A DNA stretch of 64,000 nt from an uncultured Gemmatimonadales bacterium (GTDB taxonomy: Bacteria; Gemmatimonadota; Gemmatimonadetes; Gemmatimonadales; JACORV01): assembly GCA_963835535.1 (NCBI GenBank), contig CAWIFL010000002.1:582405-646404 (forward strand), given 5' to 3'. The notes beneath the pieces were generated by a model. The model was not told the origin of the DNA. It saw only the letters and a list, made by a program, of their open reading frames with translations, and searched no databases. A program made the translations under genes and the position numbers. Each line of letters opens with the position of its first letter. Position 1 is the first letter of the stretch. Shown in pieces: positions 35,283 to 44,130 of the stretch.

Positions 35283-35900
35283 ATGGTGAGGCGCGCCCTC
35301 GAGGCGCGCGGGGCGCGCGGCACCGTGGTGGACCTCGGCTGCGGGAGCGGCCGGCTGGGTGCTTGTCTGGGCGACCTGGCCTCGCGGTACGTCGGCGTGG
35401 ACGCGGTGCGCTACGAGGGTTTCCCGGACGCAGGCACGTTCCTCGCCTGCGATCTCGACTCGGGAGCCGTGCCGCTGCCGTCCGCCACGGCCGACGTCGC
35501 GGTCGCAGTCGAGGTCATCGAGCACCTGGAGAACCCGAGGGCATTCGTGCGGGAGCTGACGCGACTCGCCAAGCCCGGAGGCTGGATCGTGGTCACGACG
35601 CCGAACCAGCTCAGCGCGCTCTCCCTCGCCACTCTCGCGATCAAACACCGCTTTTCGGCCTTCCAGGACGTGAGTTATCCCGCCCATCGCACGGCGCTCC
35701 TCGAAGTGGACCTGCGGCGGATCGCCCTGGAGTGCGCGCTGACGGACGCGAGCTGCGCGTTCAGCCTGCAGGGACGCATCCCGCTCACGCCGTGGCGGTG
35801 GCCCCGGTGGGTGTCGCGCGCGTTTCCCTGCGCCCTGTCGGACAACATCCTGTTGATCGCGCGGAAGCCGGAAACCTCCGGAGGCGATCGCGGACGCTGA
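35283..35900 (+). CDS. class I SAM-dependent methyltransferase (possible upstream CTG start at 35211)
   Basis: VVDLGCGSGRLG motif I, AVEVIEHLENP, LAKPGGWIVVTTPN. ATG 35283 leaves only 17 aa before motif I. CTG 35211 overlaps the wzi stop as CTGA. Confidence 0.75.
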   Translation: MVRRALEARGARGTVVDLGCGSGRLGACLGDLASRYVGVDAVRYEGFPDAGTFLACDLDSGAVPLPSATADVAVAVEVIEHLENPRAFVRELTRLAKPGGWIVVTTPNQLSALSLATLAIKHRFSAFQDVSYPAHRTALLEVDLRRIALECALTDASCAFSLQGRIPLTPWRWPRWVSRAFPCALSDNILLIARKPETSGGDRGR

Positions 35901-37011
35901 CGTCGTCGTCATCGGCGCCGGGGTCGTGGGCCTGGCGTGCGCCCGCGAGCTGGCGGTGCGTGGACGCGACGTCATCCTGATCGAGCGGCACGAGCGCTTC
36001 GGCGTCGAGACGAGCAGCCGCAACAGCGAAGTCATCCACGCCGGCATCTACTATCCGGTCGGCAGCCTCAAGGCGCGGCTCTGTGCGCGCGGCAATCGGA
36101 GTCTCTACGCCTGGTGCGCGGCGCACGGAGTCCCGCACGCGCGGCTCGGGAAGCTGATCGTCGCGACCGCGGAGGACGAGGAGCCGAAGCTCGATCAGAT
36201 CCTCCGGCAGGCGGTCGAGAACGGCGTCACCTCACTTCAGCGGTTCGCCCCGGCTCAGGTCCGCAGGATCGAGCCCCACGTCCGTGCGACGCACGCCCTC
36301 TGGTCCCCCGACACGGGGATCGTGGACTCGCACCAGCTGATGGCGAGCCTCGAAGCGGACGCACGGGCGCACGGCTGCACGGAAGCACTGCGCCACGAGG
36401 TGGTTGCGGCCGAGCCCGTCGCCGGGGGTTATCGCCTCGCCGTCCGGAGCGGCGACGAGACCACGTCGCTGGAAACAAGCTCCGTCGTAAATTCGGCGGG
36501 ACTCGACGCGGACCGGGTCGCCGCGCTGCCCGGTCTCGACGTGGCGGCCGCCGGCTATCGCCTGCACTATGCGCGTGGGCACTACTTCCGCGTGCATCCG
36601 CGGAAGCGCCAGCTCGCGAGCCATCTCATCTACCCCGCCCCGCACGCGACGCACCTGGGCATCCACGTCACGCTCGACCTGGCTGGCGGCGTGCGGCTGG
36701 GGCCGGACCTCCAGTACCTGAAGGACCGCACGCAGGACTACGCGGTGGCCGAGAGCCTGCGGCCCGCCTTTCACGCTGCGGTCTCGCGCTACCTGGAGGG
36801 GCTGGACGAGGCCGACCTGTCGCCCGACCTGGCCGGCATTCGCCCCAAGTTGCAGGGCCCCGGTGAGCCGGTCCGCGATTTCGTGATCCAGGAGGAGTCG
36901 GCGCGGGGCCTGCCGGGGTGGGTCAACCTTGTGGGTATCGAGTCGCCGGGGCTAACCTGTTGCCTCGAGATCGGCCGTCTGGTCGCCGACACCCTGGGGG
37001 CCGTCAGGTGA
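35887..37011 (+). CDS. FAD-dependent oxidoreductase (DAO family, LhgO-like); start codon non-canonical or unresolved
   Basis: Translation DVVVIGAGVVGLACARELAVRGRDVILIER (the FAD-binding beta-alpha-beta motif) begins at 35899, upstream of the first canonical start (GTG 35926). C-terminal GIESPGLT. Confidence 0.82.
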   Translation: MADADVVVIGAGVVGLACARELAVRGRDVILIERHERFGVETSSRNSEVIHAGIYYPVGSLKARLCARGNRSLYAWCAAHGVPHARLGKLIVATAEDEEPKLDQILRQAVENGVTSLQRFAPAQVRRIEPHVRATHALWSPDTGIVDSHQLMASLEADARAHGCTEALRHEVVAAEPVAGGYRLAVRSGDETTSLETSSVVNSAGLDADRVAALPGLDVAAAGYRLHYARGHYFRVHPRKRQLASHLIYPAPHATHLGIHVTLDLAGGVRLGPDLQYLKDRTQDYAVAESLRPAFHAAVSRYLEGLDEADLSPDLAGIRPKLQGPGEPVRDFVIQEESARGLPGWVNLVGIESPGLTCCLEIGRLVADTLGAVR

Positions 37012-38024
37012 TCACCCGCGAGCGCGTCAACCTGCTTTTGGAGGAGATGCCCAAGCGGCGCGTCGTCGTCGTGGGCGACGCGATGCTCGACATCTACATG
37101 CTCGGGGACGTCGAGCGCATCTCTCCGGAGGCGCCGGTGCCGGTGGTCCGCGTGCAGGATCGCCGCTACGCCCTCGGCGGCGCGGCCAACGTCGCGGCCA
37201 ACGTGGCTGCCATCGGCGCCGAGGTCACGCTCGTGGCCACGGTCGGCGACGACCGGCGCGGCGAGCAGCTGCGCACCGAGCTGGTGGCCGCCGGTATCCG
37301 CGACGAAGGGATCGTGGTGACGCCCGAGCGGCCCACCACATCGAAGACGCGCGTGGTGGCCCGCGGCCAGCAGATGCTGCGGTTCGACGAAGAGGAGGAC
37401 GCGCTCCTCGAGGGCTCGACCCTCGAGATCCTGCAGAAGCGGATGGCCAAGTCGCTCAAGGGCGTCGACGCGGTGCTGCTCGAGGACTACAACAAGGGAA
37501 CGCTGACGCCGGCGGTGATCGCGAGCGCGCTGTCGACCGCCCGGTCGCGGGGCATTCCGTCGGTGGTGGACCCCAAGTTCAAGCACTTCTTCAACTACAA
37601 GGGCGCCACCGTCTTCAAGCCGAACCGCCGGGAGCTGGAGGCGGCGCTGGGCGCGGCCGTGGACGTCGAGCACGCCGACACGCTACCTGCCGTAATGGAG
37701 CGGCTCGAAGTGGACAACCTGCTCTTGACCCTGGGGCCGAACGGCATGGCCCTGCTCACGAAGAACGGAACGATCGATCGCTTTCCCACGCACGCGCGCG
37801 AGGTGTACGACGTCTCGGGCGCGGGCGACACGGTCACGGCGTGGGTGGGCACCGCCCTGGCCTCCGGGGCGACGATGCGGGAGGCGGCTGAGCTGGCGAA
37901 CTACGCCGCGGGCATCGAGGTGGGCAAGGCCGGCGTCGCCGTCGTCTCGCGCGCGGAAGTGCGCGACCTCTTCGAGCGGAAGTACGACGAAGTCGGGATG
38001 TTCCGGCGCGGAGGCGTACTGTAG
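37008..38024 (+). CDS. hldE: D-glycero-beta-D-manno-heptose-7-phosphate kinase (HldE/RfaE domain I, PfkB family)
   Basis: GTG 37008 (GTGA overlap with the previous stop) gives 338 aa: VVVGDAMLDIY, GGAANVA, DVSGAGDTV. Confidence 0.82.
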   Translation: MITRERVNLLLEEMPKRRVVVVGDAMLDIYMLGDVERISPEAPVPVVRVQDRRYALGGAANVAANVAAIGAEVTLVATVGDDRRGEQLRTELVAAGIRDEGIVVTPERPTTSKTRVVARGQQMLRFDEEEDALLEGSTLEILQKRMAKSLKGVDAVLLEDYNKGTLTPAVIASALSTARSRGIPSVVDPKFKHFFNYKGATVFKPNRRELEAALGAAVDVEHADTLPAVMERLEVDNLLLTLGPNGMALLTKNGTIDRFPTHAREVYDVSGAGDTVTAWVGTALASGATMREAAELANYAAGIEVGKAGVAVVSRAEVRDLFERKYDEVGMFRRGGVL

Positions 38025-38116
38025 GACTCTCGGCGTGGTGGGACGCCGCGGCCGCCTTCGCCCGCCGCCGCGGAACGCGCGATGTCGGATGGTCGCTGGG
38101 CGGCAGCACCGCGCAG

Positions 38117-39343
38117 ATGCTCGTGGGGATCGCGACCACGACGCTGCTCGCCCGCGCCCTCGGCCCGTCGGGCTTCGGCATATTCAGCATCGTCCTCGCC
38201 CTCATCTTCATCGTCAGCGGCCTGTCGGACCTCGGCTGGTCGGCGGCCTTCGTGCGCCTGGGCAGCCCCGAGGTCATGCGCGGCGGCGATCTGCGCCGCC
38301 TCAACGAGACCTTCCTGGGGCTGCGCGTGGCGCTGGCCCTGCTCATCGGGGCCGTCCTGCTCGCGGCCGGGCGCTGGCTGCTGCCGTCGCTGCAGCTCCC
38401 CGCCGACCTGGCCTGGCTCGCAGGCGCCGCGGCCGCTGCCGGGGTGACGCTGGCGGTCGGCACGCACTTCGCCACCGCGATGCAGGTGGCGCGGAACCAG
38501 CGCGGCATCGCGACCCTGCGCGCCTCCGCAGGCATGCTGCGGCTCGCCGCCTATGCCACGTTGGCATTCGGGCCGGGCCTCTCGCTCCACTCCGCGCTCG
38601 CGGTCGCCCTGGCCGCGATCCCGGTCGAGGCCGGCCTCATGGTCTGGGGCGCGCACCGCTCCCTGCGCCTGTGGCCGCCCCTCTTGCAGGCTCCACCGGT
38701 CGCGTGGCTGGTGCTCTCAGCCTGGACCGCCGTCCCGGCGCTGGCATTCGCCCTCATCGGGCAGACCGACACGTTGCTTCTCGCATCGCTCTCGAGCAGC
38801 ACCGAAACCGGGCTGTGGAACGCTGCGAGCCGCGTGGCGGGTATGGTGACGCTGGTGAGCGGCTCGCTCTGGTCCGTCGCCTTCCCCTACGCGACCGGGA
38901 CCATCGAGATCGCCCAGCTCGAGCGCTACCTGCGCCTGGCACGCCTGGCCTCGCTGGGCGTGGGGCTCATGTGCGCCCTCGGCATCGCGCTGGCGCCGTG
39001 GGTGAGCCTGCTCTTCTTCGGGCACGCCTATGACGGCGCCGTGCCGGCGCTGCGGTGGCTGCTGGCCGCCTACGGCCTCGCGGCCGCGGGCCTGCTGCTC
39101 ATCCCCGTCGCCTACCGATTGGGACGCGAGCGCCTGGTCGCGACCATCGCACTCCTGCAGTTCGCCGTGAACCTGGGCGGCGACGTGCTGCTGATCCCGC
39201 GGTTCGGCGCCTCCGGGTGCGCCGCCGCCACCTTCGTCATGCACGTGCTCAGCCTCGCGATTCTGTTGCCCGCCGTGGGGCGCAGCGCCACGTGGCGGCG
39301 TCAGCCGTCCGGCGCGCCGGCTGCGGGGTCCTCCGGCTCGTGA
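38117..39343 (+). CDS. wzx: polysaccharide flippase (Wzx, MOP superfamily); N-terminus probably longer
   Basis: 408 aa with multiple TM helices, LLARALGPSGFG near the N-terminus and a PRFGASG motif late in the protein. Confidence 0.78.
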   Translation: MLVGIATTTLLARALGPSGFGIFSIVLALIFIVSGLSDLGWSAAFVRLGSPEVMRGGDLRRLNETFLGLRVALALLIGAVLLAAGRWLLPSLQLPADLAWLAGAAAAAGVTLAVGTHFATAMQVARNQRGIATLRASAGMLRLAAYATLAFGPGLSLHSALAVALAAIPVEAGLMVWGAHRSLRLWPPLLQAPPVAWLVLSAWTAVPALAFALIGQTDTLLLASLSSSTETGLWNAASRVAGMVTLVSGSLWSVAFPYATGTIEIAQLERYLRLARLASLGVGLMCALGIALAPWVSLLFFGHAYDGAVPALRWLLAAYGLAAAGLLLIPVAYRLGRERLVATIALLQFAVNLGGDVLLIPRFGASGCAAATFVMHVLSLAILLPAVGRSATWRRQPSGAPAAGSSGS

Positions 39344-40533
39344 GAATCCTCGTGGCCAACTGGGCCCGCCGCGTCGGGGGCGGCGCCGAGCGATACCTGC
39401 AGGCCCTGCTCCCGGCGCTGGCCGCGCGCGGCCACGCCGTGGGACTGCTCGTGGAGCACGACGAAGCGGACCCTCGGCTCCGCATCGACGATCCGGCGGG
39501 GGGCGTCGCGCTCATCTCGGCCGAGAGCCTGGGCCCGGAGCGCGGCTCGGCGGCCGTCCGCGCCTGGAGGCCCGACCTGGTGTTCGTCCAGGGCCTGGAG
39601 AACCCGGCCCTCGAGCGGAACCTGGTGAGCGACTGCCCCGCGGCGCTCTTCACGCACGGGTATTACGGCACCTGTGTCTCCGGCACCAAGCGGTTCGCTC
39701 TTCCGGCGCCTCGCGCCTGCGCACGGGCGCTCGGCCCGGCTTGCCTGGGGTTGTACTACCCGCGCCGTTGCGGCGGCCTCGATCCCCGGACGATGGTACG
39801 TGAGTACCGCCGGCAGACGGCGCGGCGCTCGCTCCTGCCCCGGTACCGCGCAGTGGTGGCGGGGAGCGACCACATGGCGCGGGAATACGCGGCCCACGGA
39901 GTCGCGGCGAGCCGGCTGTTCACGGTGCCGATGCCGCCGACGGGAATGACGCCCGATTCCGAGGCCCCGGGCGTCCGGCCCGCGACCGGGCGCGTGCTCT
40001 TCCTGGGGAGGCTCACGTCTCTCAAGGGCGCGCACTACCTGCTGGAGGCGGCGCCGCTCGCCGAGCGCGCACTGGGCCGGCATCTCGCGCTCGATGTGGC
40101 CGGCGACGGCCCCGACGAGCGTATGCTGCGCTCTCGCGCACGGCGCCTGGGGGTGGATGCGACCTTCCACGGGTGGGTCGAGCCCGAAGCACGTGCGCGG
40201 CTCATGCGTGGGGCGGACGTGCTCGCCATGCCGAGCCTGTGGCCGGAACCTTTCGGCCTCGTGGGCGTGGAGGCCGCGTGCCTCGGCCTGCCGACCGTGG
40301 GGTATGCGATGGGCGCCATACCGGAGTGGCTGGTGGCCGGAGAGACCGGCGAGGTCGCGCCCGCGACTCCGCCGACGGCCGAAGGGCTGGCGGCCGCCCT
40401 CGTGCGGGCCCTGGCGAGCGCCGACCACCTCCAGCACCTCCGGCTCGGAGCCTGGGAGGGGTCGCGCCGCAGAACGATGCACCACCACGTCGAAGCACTC
40501 GAAGACATCTTTCGGACCGCGGCCACGGGCTGA
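39340..40533 (+). CDS. GT4-family glycosyltransferase
   Basis: GTG 39340 (GTGA overlap with the wzx stop). PSLWPEPFGLVGVEAACLGLPTV (EX7E region). Confidence 0.85.
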   Translation: MRILVANWARRVGGGAERYLQALLPALAARGHAVGLLVEHDEADPRLRIDDPAGGVALISAESLGPERGSAAVRAWRPDLVFVQGLENPALERNLVSDCPAALFTHGYYGTCVSGTKRFALPAPRACARALGPACLGLYYPRRCGGLDPRTMVREYRRQTARRSLLPRYRAVVAGSDHMAREYAAHGVAASRLFTVPMPPTGMTPDSEAPGVRPATGRVLFLGRLTSLKGAHYLLEAAPLAERALGRHLALDVAGDGPDERMLRSRARRLGVDATFHGWVEPEARARLMRGADVLAMPSLWPEPFGLVGVEAACLGLPTVGYAMGAIPEWLVAGETGEVAPATPPTAEGLAAALVRALASADHLQHLRLGAWEGSRRRTMHHHVEALEDIFRTAATG

Positions 40534-40575
40534 GGCACACTCACGCCGGGCGGGTGCGCGGTCAGGAGAGGCGCT

Positions 40576-41334
40576 GTGCTGCAGGAGAACGTCGAGGCGT
40601 TGCTCGCGCGGCTGACGCCCAGCGATCTGGTCCTGGACGTCGGCGGGTGGGCGTGCCCCTTCAACCGCGCCCAATGGGTGCTGGACGCGGAGCCCTATGA
40701 AACCCGCGGCTTCTACCACACTTTCGGCGCGCCGGCGTCGCAGGGGCCGGCCGAGGAGTGGTTCACGCGCGAGACCTGGGTGCAGCGGGACATCTGCGAT
40801 CGCTCACCCTGGCCCTTCGCCGACAAGCAGTTCGACTTCGCGGTGTGCTCGCACACGCTGGAGGACCTCCGGGATCCCGTGGGCGTGTGCGTCGAGCTCC
40901 AGCGCGTGGCCAGGCGCGGCTACATCGAGGTACCGTCCCGCGAGTGGGAGTCGTGCCGTGGGATCGAGCGCCCGCGGCAGGCCGGGCTGTCCCACCACCG
41001 GTGGCTCGTGGAGATCCGCGGCTCCACGGTGTCGTTCCTCCCGAAGTACCACATGATCAACGCCGACTGGCGCTTCTCCCTCCCCGCGAGCCATGCGCGC
41101 ACGCTGGACGCACGCGCGTCGATCGCCTGGCTGTGGTGGAACGACCGGTTCGACTGTCGCGAGGTCACGATTCACGGGCTCGCCGCGCAGGAGGCGGCGC
41201 TGCAGGAGTTCGCGCGCAGCATCGTTCCGCAGCCCGGCTGGCTGCTCGCCCTGGATCGCGCCTATCGCGCGGTCACCGCACTTTCAGCTCGCGCGATGCG
41301 GTCGCTCCGCCGCTCGGCCGCGCCACCGCGGTGA
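40576..41334 (+). CDS. methyltransferase-domain protein (class I SAM-dependent, divergent)
   Basis: 252 aa: VLDVGGWACPFNRAQWVLD, FAVCSHTLEDLRDP, RRGYIEVP. Confidence 0.55.
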   Translation: MLQENVEALLARLTPSDLVLDVGGWACPFNRAQWVLDAEPYETRGFYHTFGAPASQGPAEEWFTRETWVQRDICDRSPWPFADKQFDFAVCSHTLEDLRDPVGVCVELQRVARRGYIEVPSREWESCRGIERPRQAGLSHHRWLVEIRGSTVSFLPKYHMINADWRFSLPASHARTLDARASIAWLWWNDRFDCREVTIHGLAAQEAALQEFARSIVPQPGWLLALDRAYRAVTALSARAMRSLRRSAAPPR

Positions 41335-42053
41335 CGCGGGCCTCGGGCTCGGGCGACCCGGCGGGCGCGCGTGCCGGCTACGACGCCTGGCACGCGACGC
41401 TCGACGTGGACGGCGAAGCCGCCGCCCCGTGGCATTTGCTGGTGCAGAAACACCTGGCTCCGGTGGCGGGTCGGCGGGTCATCGAGATCGGCTGCGGCCG
41501 GGGCGGCTTCTCGGCGTGGCTGGCGCGCCAGGGCGCGGACGTCGTGGCGATCGACTTCTCGCGCGTCGCCATCGCGAAGGCCGCCGCGTTCGGAAAACGG
41601 CTCGCCCCCCTGTGCTTCGCAGTGGGCGACATTCAGGCCATCCCGCACCGCTCCGAGGCCTTCGACGTCGCCGTCTCGTGCGAGACCGTCGAGCACGTGA
41701 GCGACCCCGCACGCGCGGTCCGTGAGCTGGCGCGGGTGCTGCGCCCCGGCGGTCGCCTCTATCTCACGACGCCCAACTACCTCGGGATGATGGGGCTCTT
41801 CCGGCTGTATCGGCGCCTGACCGGCCGACCGTACACGGAGGTCGGGCAGCCGATCAACAACCTCACGCTGCTCCCGCGGACCTGCGGCTGGGTGCGGCGC
41901 GCCGGCCTCCGCATCGTGGCGGTGGCCGGCGTGGGCCACTATCTGCCGGTTCCGGGACGCCCTCCGGTCGCGCTCCCGGCGCTCGACCGCGGGCCTCGCG
42001 TCCTGCGGTGGCTGGCGCTGCACTCGCTCGTCGTCGCGGAGAAGCCGCGCTAG
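41331..42053 (+). CDS. class I SAM-dependent methyltransferase
   Basis: GTG 41331 (GTGA overlap). VIEIGCGRGGFS, SCETVEHVSDP, LRPGGRLYLTTPN. Confidence 0.85.
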   Translation: MTRASGSGDPAGARAGYDAWHATLDVDGEAAAPWHLLVQKHLAPVAGRRVIEIGCGRGGFSAWLARQGADVVAIDFSRVAIAKAAAFGKRLAPLCFAVGDIQAIPHRSEAFDVAVSCETVEHVSDPARAVRELARVLRPGGRLYLTTPNYLGMMGLFRLYRRLTGRPYTEVGQPINNLTLLPRTCGWVRRAGLRIVAVAGVGHYLPVPGRPPVALPALDRGPRVLRWLALHSLVVAEKPR

Positions 42054-42070
42054 ATTTGTCAGCGCACTGC

Positions 42071-42144
42071 GGGCCCTTAGCTCAGGTGGTTAGAGCGGCG
42101 GACTCATAATCCGTTGGTCGGAGGTTCGAACCCTCCAGGGCCCA
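42071..42144 (+). tRNA. tRNA with CAT anticodon (Met by anticodon; overall resembles lysidine-modified tRNA-Ile2)
   Basis: Hand-folded 74-nt cloverleaf: acceptor GGGCCCT/AGGGCCC, D arm GCTC-AGGTGGTTA-GAGC, anticodon loop CTCATAA, T arm GGAGG-TTCGAAC-CCTCC, discriminator A. CCA is not encoded. It lacks initiator features. I recall it as similar to E. coli ileX. Confidence 0.9.
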
Positions 42145-42273
42145 TTCCAAGCAAGCGACGGCGGCTCAACGTGGACGGTGGCTGGCGGGCGAGTCGCCCG
42201 CTACTGCGGCGCATCTAGTCGGGCACATGCGCCATGGGCAATGGCGCCGCGGTGGCGAGCCGGGAGGAGAGCC

Positions 42274-43023
42274 GTGTTCGTCCTTGGGAAAACCATCGAG
42301 TGGCTTCTGAAGCCGTCTACGGTGGCCATGCTATTACTCACAGCTGGGTGCATCGTTCAGTGGTTTGAGCGCAACCGGCGAACCGGGCGTATTCTCACAT
42401 CGACCGGTGCGGTGATTCTTCTTCTTCTTGGGTTCGGGATTCCCTGTAATGAGATCGCGCGCGTTCTCGAAAGCCGCTACCAGGCCGTTCTGAACCCCTC
42501 CAGGATCACCGGGACACCGTGGATTGTCGTCCTTGGCGGTGGGCATCGCTCGGTCTCTGCTCTCCCGCTTTCAAGTCGGCCGAGTACAGCCGCGTTGTAT
42601 CGACAAGTCGAGGGCCTCCGACTCCTCCACGCCATTGCAGGAAGCCGGCTGCTACTCTCTGGGGGTGCGGTGTTTGACTCGGTCTCCGAAGCGCGGATAG
42701 CGCACGATCTCGCGAGTTCGCTCGGGGTCAGTGACGACGCAATGAAGATTGAGGAACGAGGTCGCACCACCGCAGAGGAAGCCGATGCCATACGCGGGAC
42801 GGTTGCTGACGAGCCATTTCTGCTCGTCACGTCGGCGCTGCACATGCCACGCGCGATGCTCTTGTTTCAGAGCCGAGGGATGCATCCGATTCCGGCGCCG
42901 ACCGACTATCGCACGCCTCTCTCGTCAGCCCCTTCGGCCTACAATGTCGACGTTGCCGACGCCACAATGCACGAACTCCTCGGACTCGCGTGGGCGTGGC
43001 TTCGGCGCAATTCGGGATCGTGA
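42274..43023 (+). CDS. DUF218 / YdcF-ElyC-family envelope protein
   Basis: GTG 42274 is preceded by GGAGG with a 6-nt spacer. TM segments followed by the DUF218 pattern (WIVVLGGG ... TTAEEA ... LLVTSALHMPRA). GC content is visibly lower than in the flanks. Confidence 0.75.
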   Translation: MFVLGKTIEWLLKPSTVAMLLLTAGCIVQWFERNRRTGRILTSTGAVILLLLGFGIPCNEIARVLESRYQAVLNPSRITGTPWIVVLGGGHRSVSALPLSSRPSTAALYRQVEGLRLLHAIAGSRLLLSGGAVFDSVSEARIAHDLASSLGVSDDAMKIEERGRTTAEEADAIRGTVADEPFLLVTSALHMPRAMLLFQSRGMHPIPAPTDYRTPLSSAPSAYNVDVADATMHELLGLAWAWLRRNSGS

Positions 43024-43135
43024 CATGGTCTGTGGCACAATCTCCAGTGACGGCCTTGGCCGGACGCCCCACGGGAAGACGGCTTGGCACGGCTCGATAG
43101 GACTCCTAACCGTGCGGCCCCTCACGCGCGCAGCT

Positions 43136-44020
43136 TCAGGGGACGAGCAGATTCCAGGCGTCGAGCTGGGCCCGCGCGCGCGCATCACGGAAATCCGTCG
43201 CTCCCTCGAGCACGGCCCCCAACACGGCCCTTGGATCCTGAGCCGACGCCGCATAGCGCCGCAGGGCACCGGGCGAGACGTTCGCCGCGTTGTCTCCGCG
43301 CAGGCCGGAGTGCACGAACCGATAGCGCCGTCGAGCAACCGCCAGCGCGGTCTGGCTGATGCTGGCGAGGTCCCCGTACGTCCAGGCGAAGTGCTCGATC
43401 GGCACACCCAAGCGCCGCTCCAGTGCGTCGCCGCTTGCGACGATCTCCTTCTCGAGCCCCTCTATCGACTCGAGCCGCGACAGACGAGGGTGCGTGCACG
43501 TGTGCGCGCCTACGGTGTGGCCCTGCTCCAGCAGAGCTTCGAGGTCCGCCCAACCCATGTTGGACCAGTGCTCCGGCAGCGCTCCGGTGCGGGCGGCCGG
43601 ATAGAGTTCCGCCATGAAGCGCCGCGCCTCCATCCGATCCTCAATGGCAACGAGATCGGACATTGCGAAGAACAGGGCGCGAATCCGCATCGGGTTCAGC
43701 ACCTGCTCCGCTACCGCGCGCTGAGAAGCGAAGCCGTCGTCAAACGTCAGCAGAAGATGCGATCCGCGGATGGGCTCCTGTCCCGCGACCATCGCGGCGA
43801 AACGCTCGGGGGTGACGAAGTTCCAGGTGCGCCCCAGCCAGCGCAGCTGCGACGCGAATCGTTCCCGGTCCTCCGGCGCCACGTCGTGGTAGTACAGCAC
43901 GCGCAGACGACGCGAGGAGGACAAGCCGAGCGGTCGCGTGACTGCTCTGGCCAACCGCAGCGGCGCGCAGGACCAGGCAAGAGCGTTACGCCGCACCCAG
44001 GCACGCATCTGCCCCCTCAC
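43136..44020 (-). CDS. polysaccharide deacetylase (NodB homology domain)
   Basis: 294 aa: LLLTFDDGFASQ, VGAHTCTHPRL. Confidence 0.82.
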   Translation of the reverse strand: MRGQMRAWVRRNALAWSCAPLRLARAVTRPLGLSSSRRLRVLYYHDVAPEDRERFASQLRWLGRTWNFVTPERFAAMVAGQEPIRGSHLLLTFDDGFASQRAVAEQVLNPMRIRALFFAMSDLVAIEDRMEARRFMAELYPAARTGALPEHWSNMGWADLEALLEQGHTVGAHTCTHPRLSRLESIEGLEKEIVASGDALERRLGVPIEHFAWTYGDLASISQTALAVARRRYRFVHSGLRGDNAANVSPGALRRYAASAQDPRAVLGAVLEGATDFRDARARAQLDAWNLLVP

Positions 44021-44040
44021 ATCTCATGAGCCCTGTGGAT

Positions 44041-44065
44041 CAGGCGGGATTCGAACTCGCGGCTG
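44041..44065 (-). pseudogene. tRNA 3'-fragment (T-arm only)
   Basis: Minus strand reads GCGAG-TTCGAAT-CCCGC-CTGATCC, a canonical T-loop with one A.C mismatch in the stem. No matching 5' acceptor strand lies upstream. Confidence 0.35.
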
Positions 44066-44130
44066 CAACGCACCGCCCCGCAACTGAACGAAGAACATAG
44101 TTGGCGCCGATTCGGACCGCGAGCGCCACC

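Noticed and set aside
42145-44130. Calling the tRNA-flanked islet a mobile element.
   Set aside because: No integrase, transposase, excisionase or conjugation gene is present in any frame. Only the att-like repeat and composition support foreign origin, so I report it as a finding rather than annotating it as a mobile_element feature.
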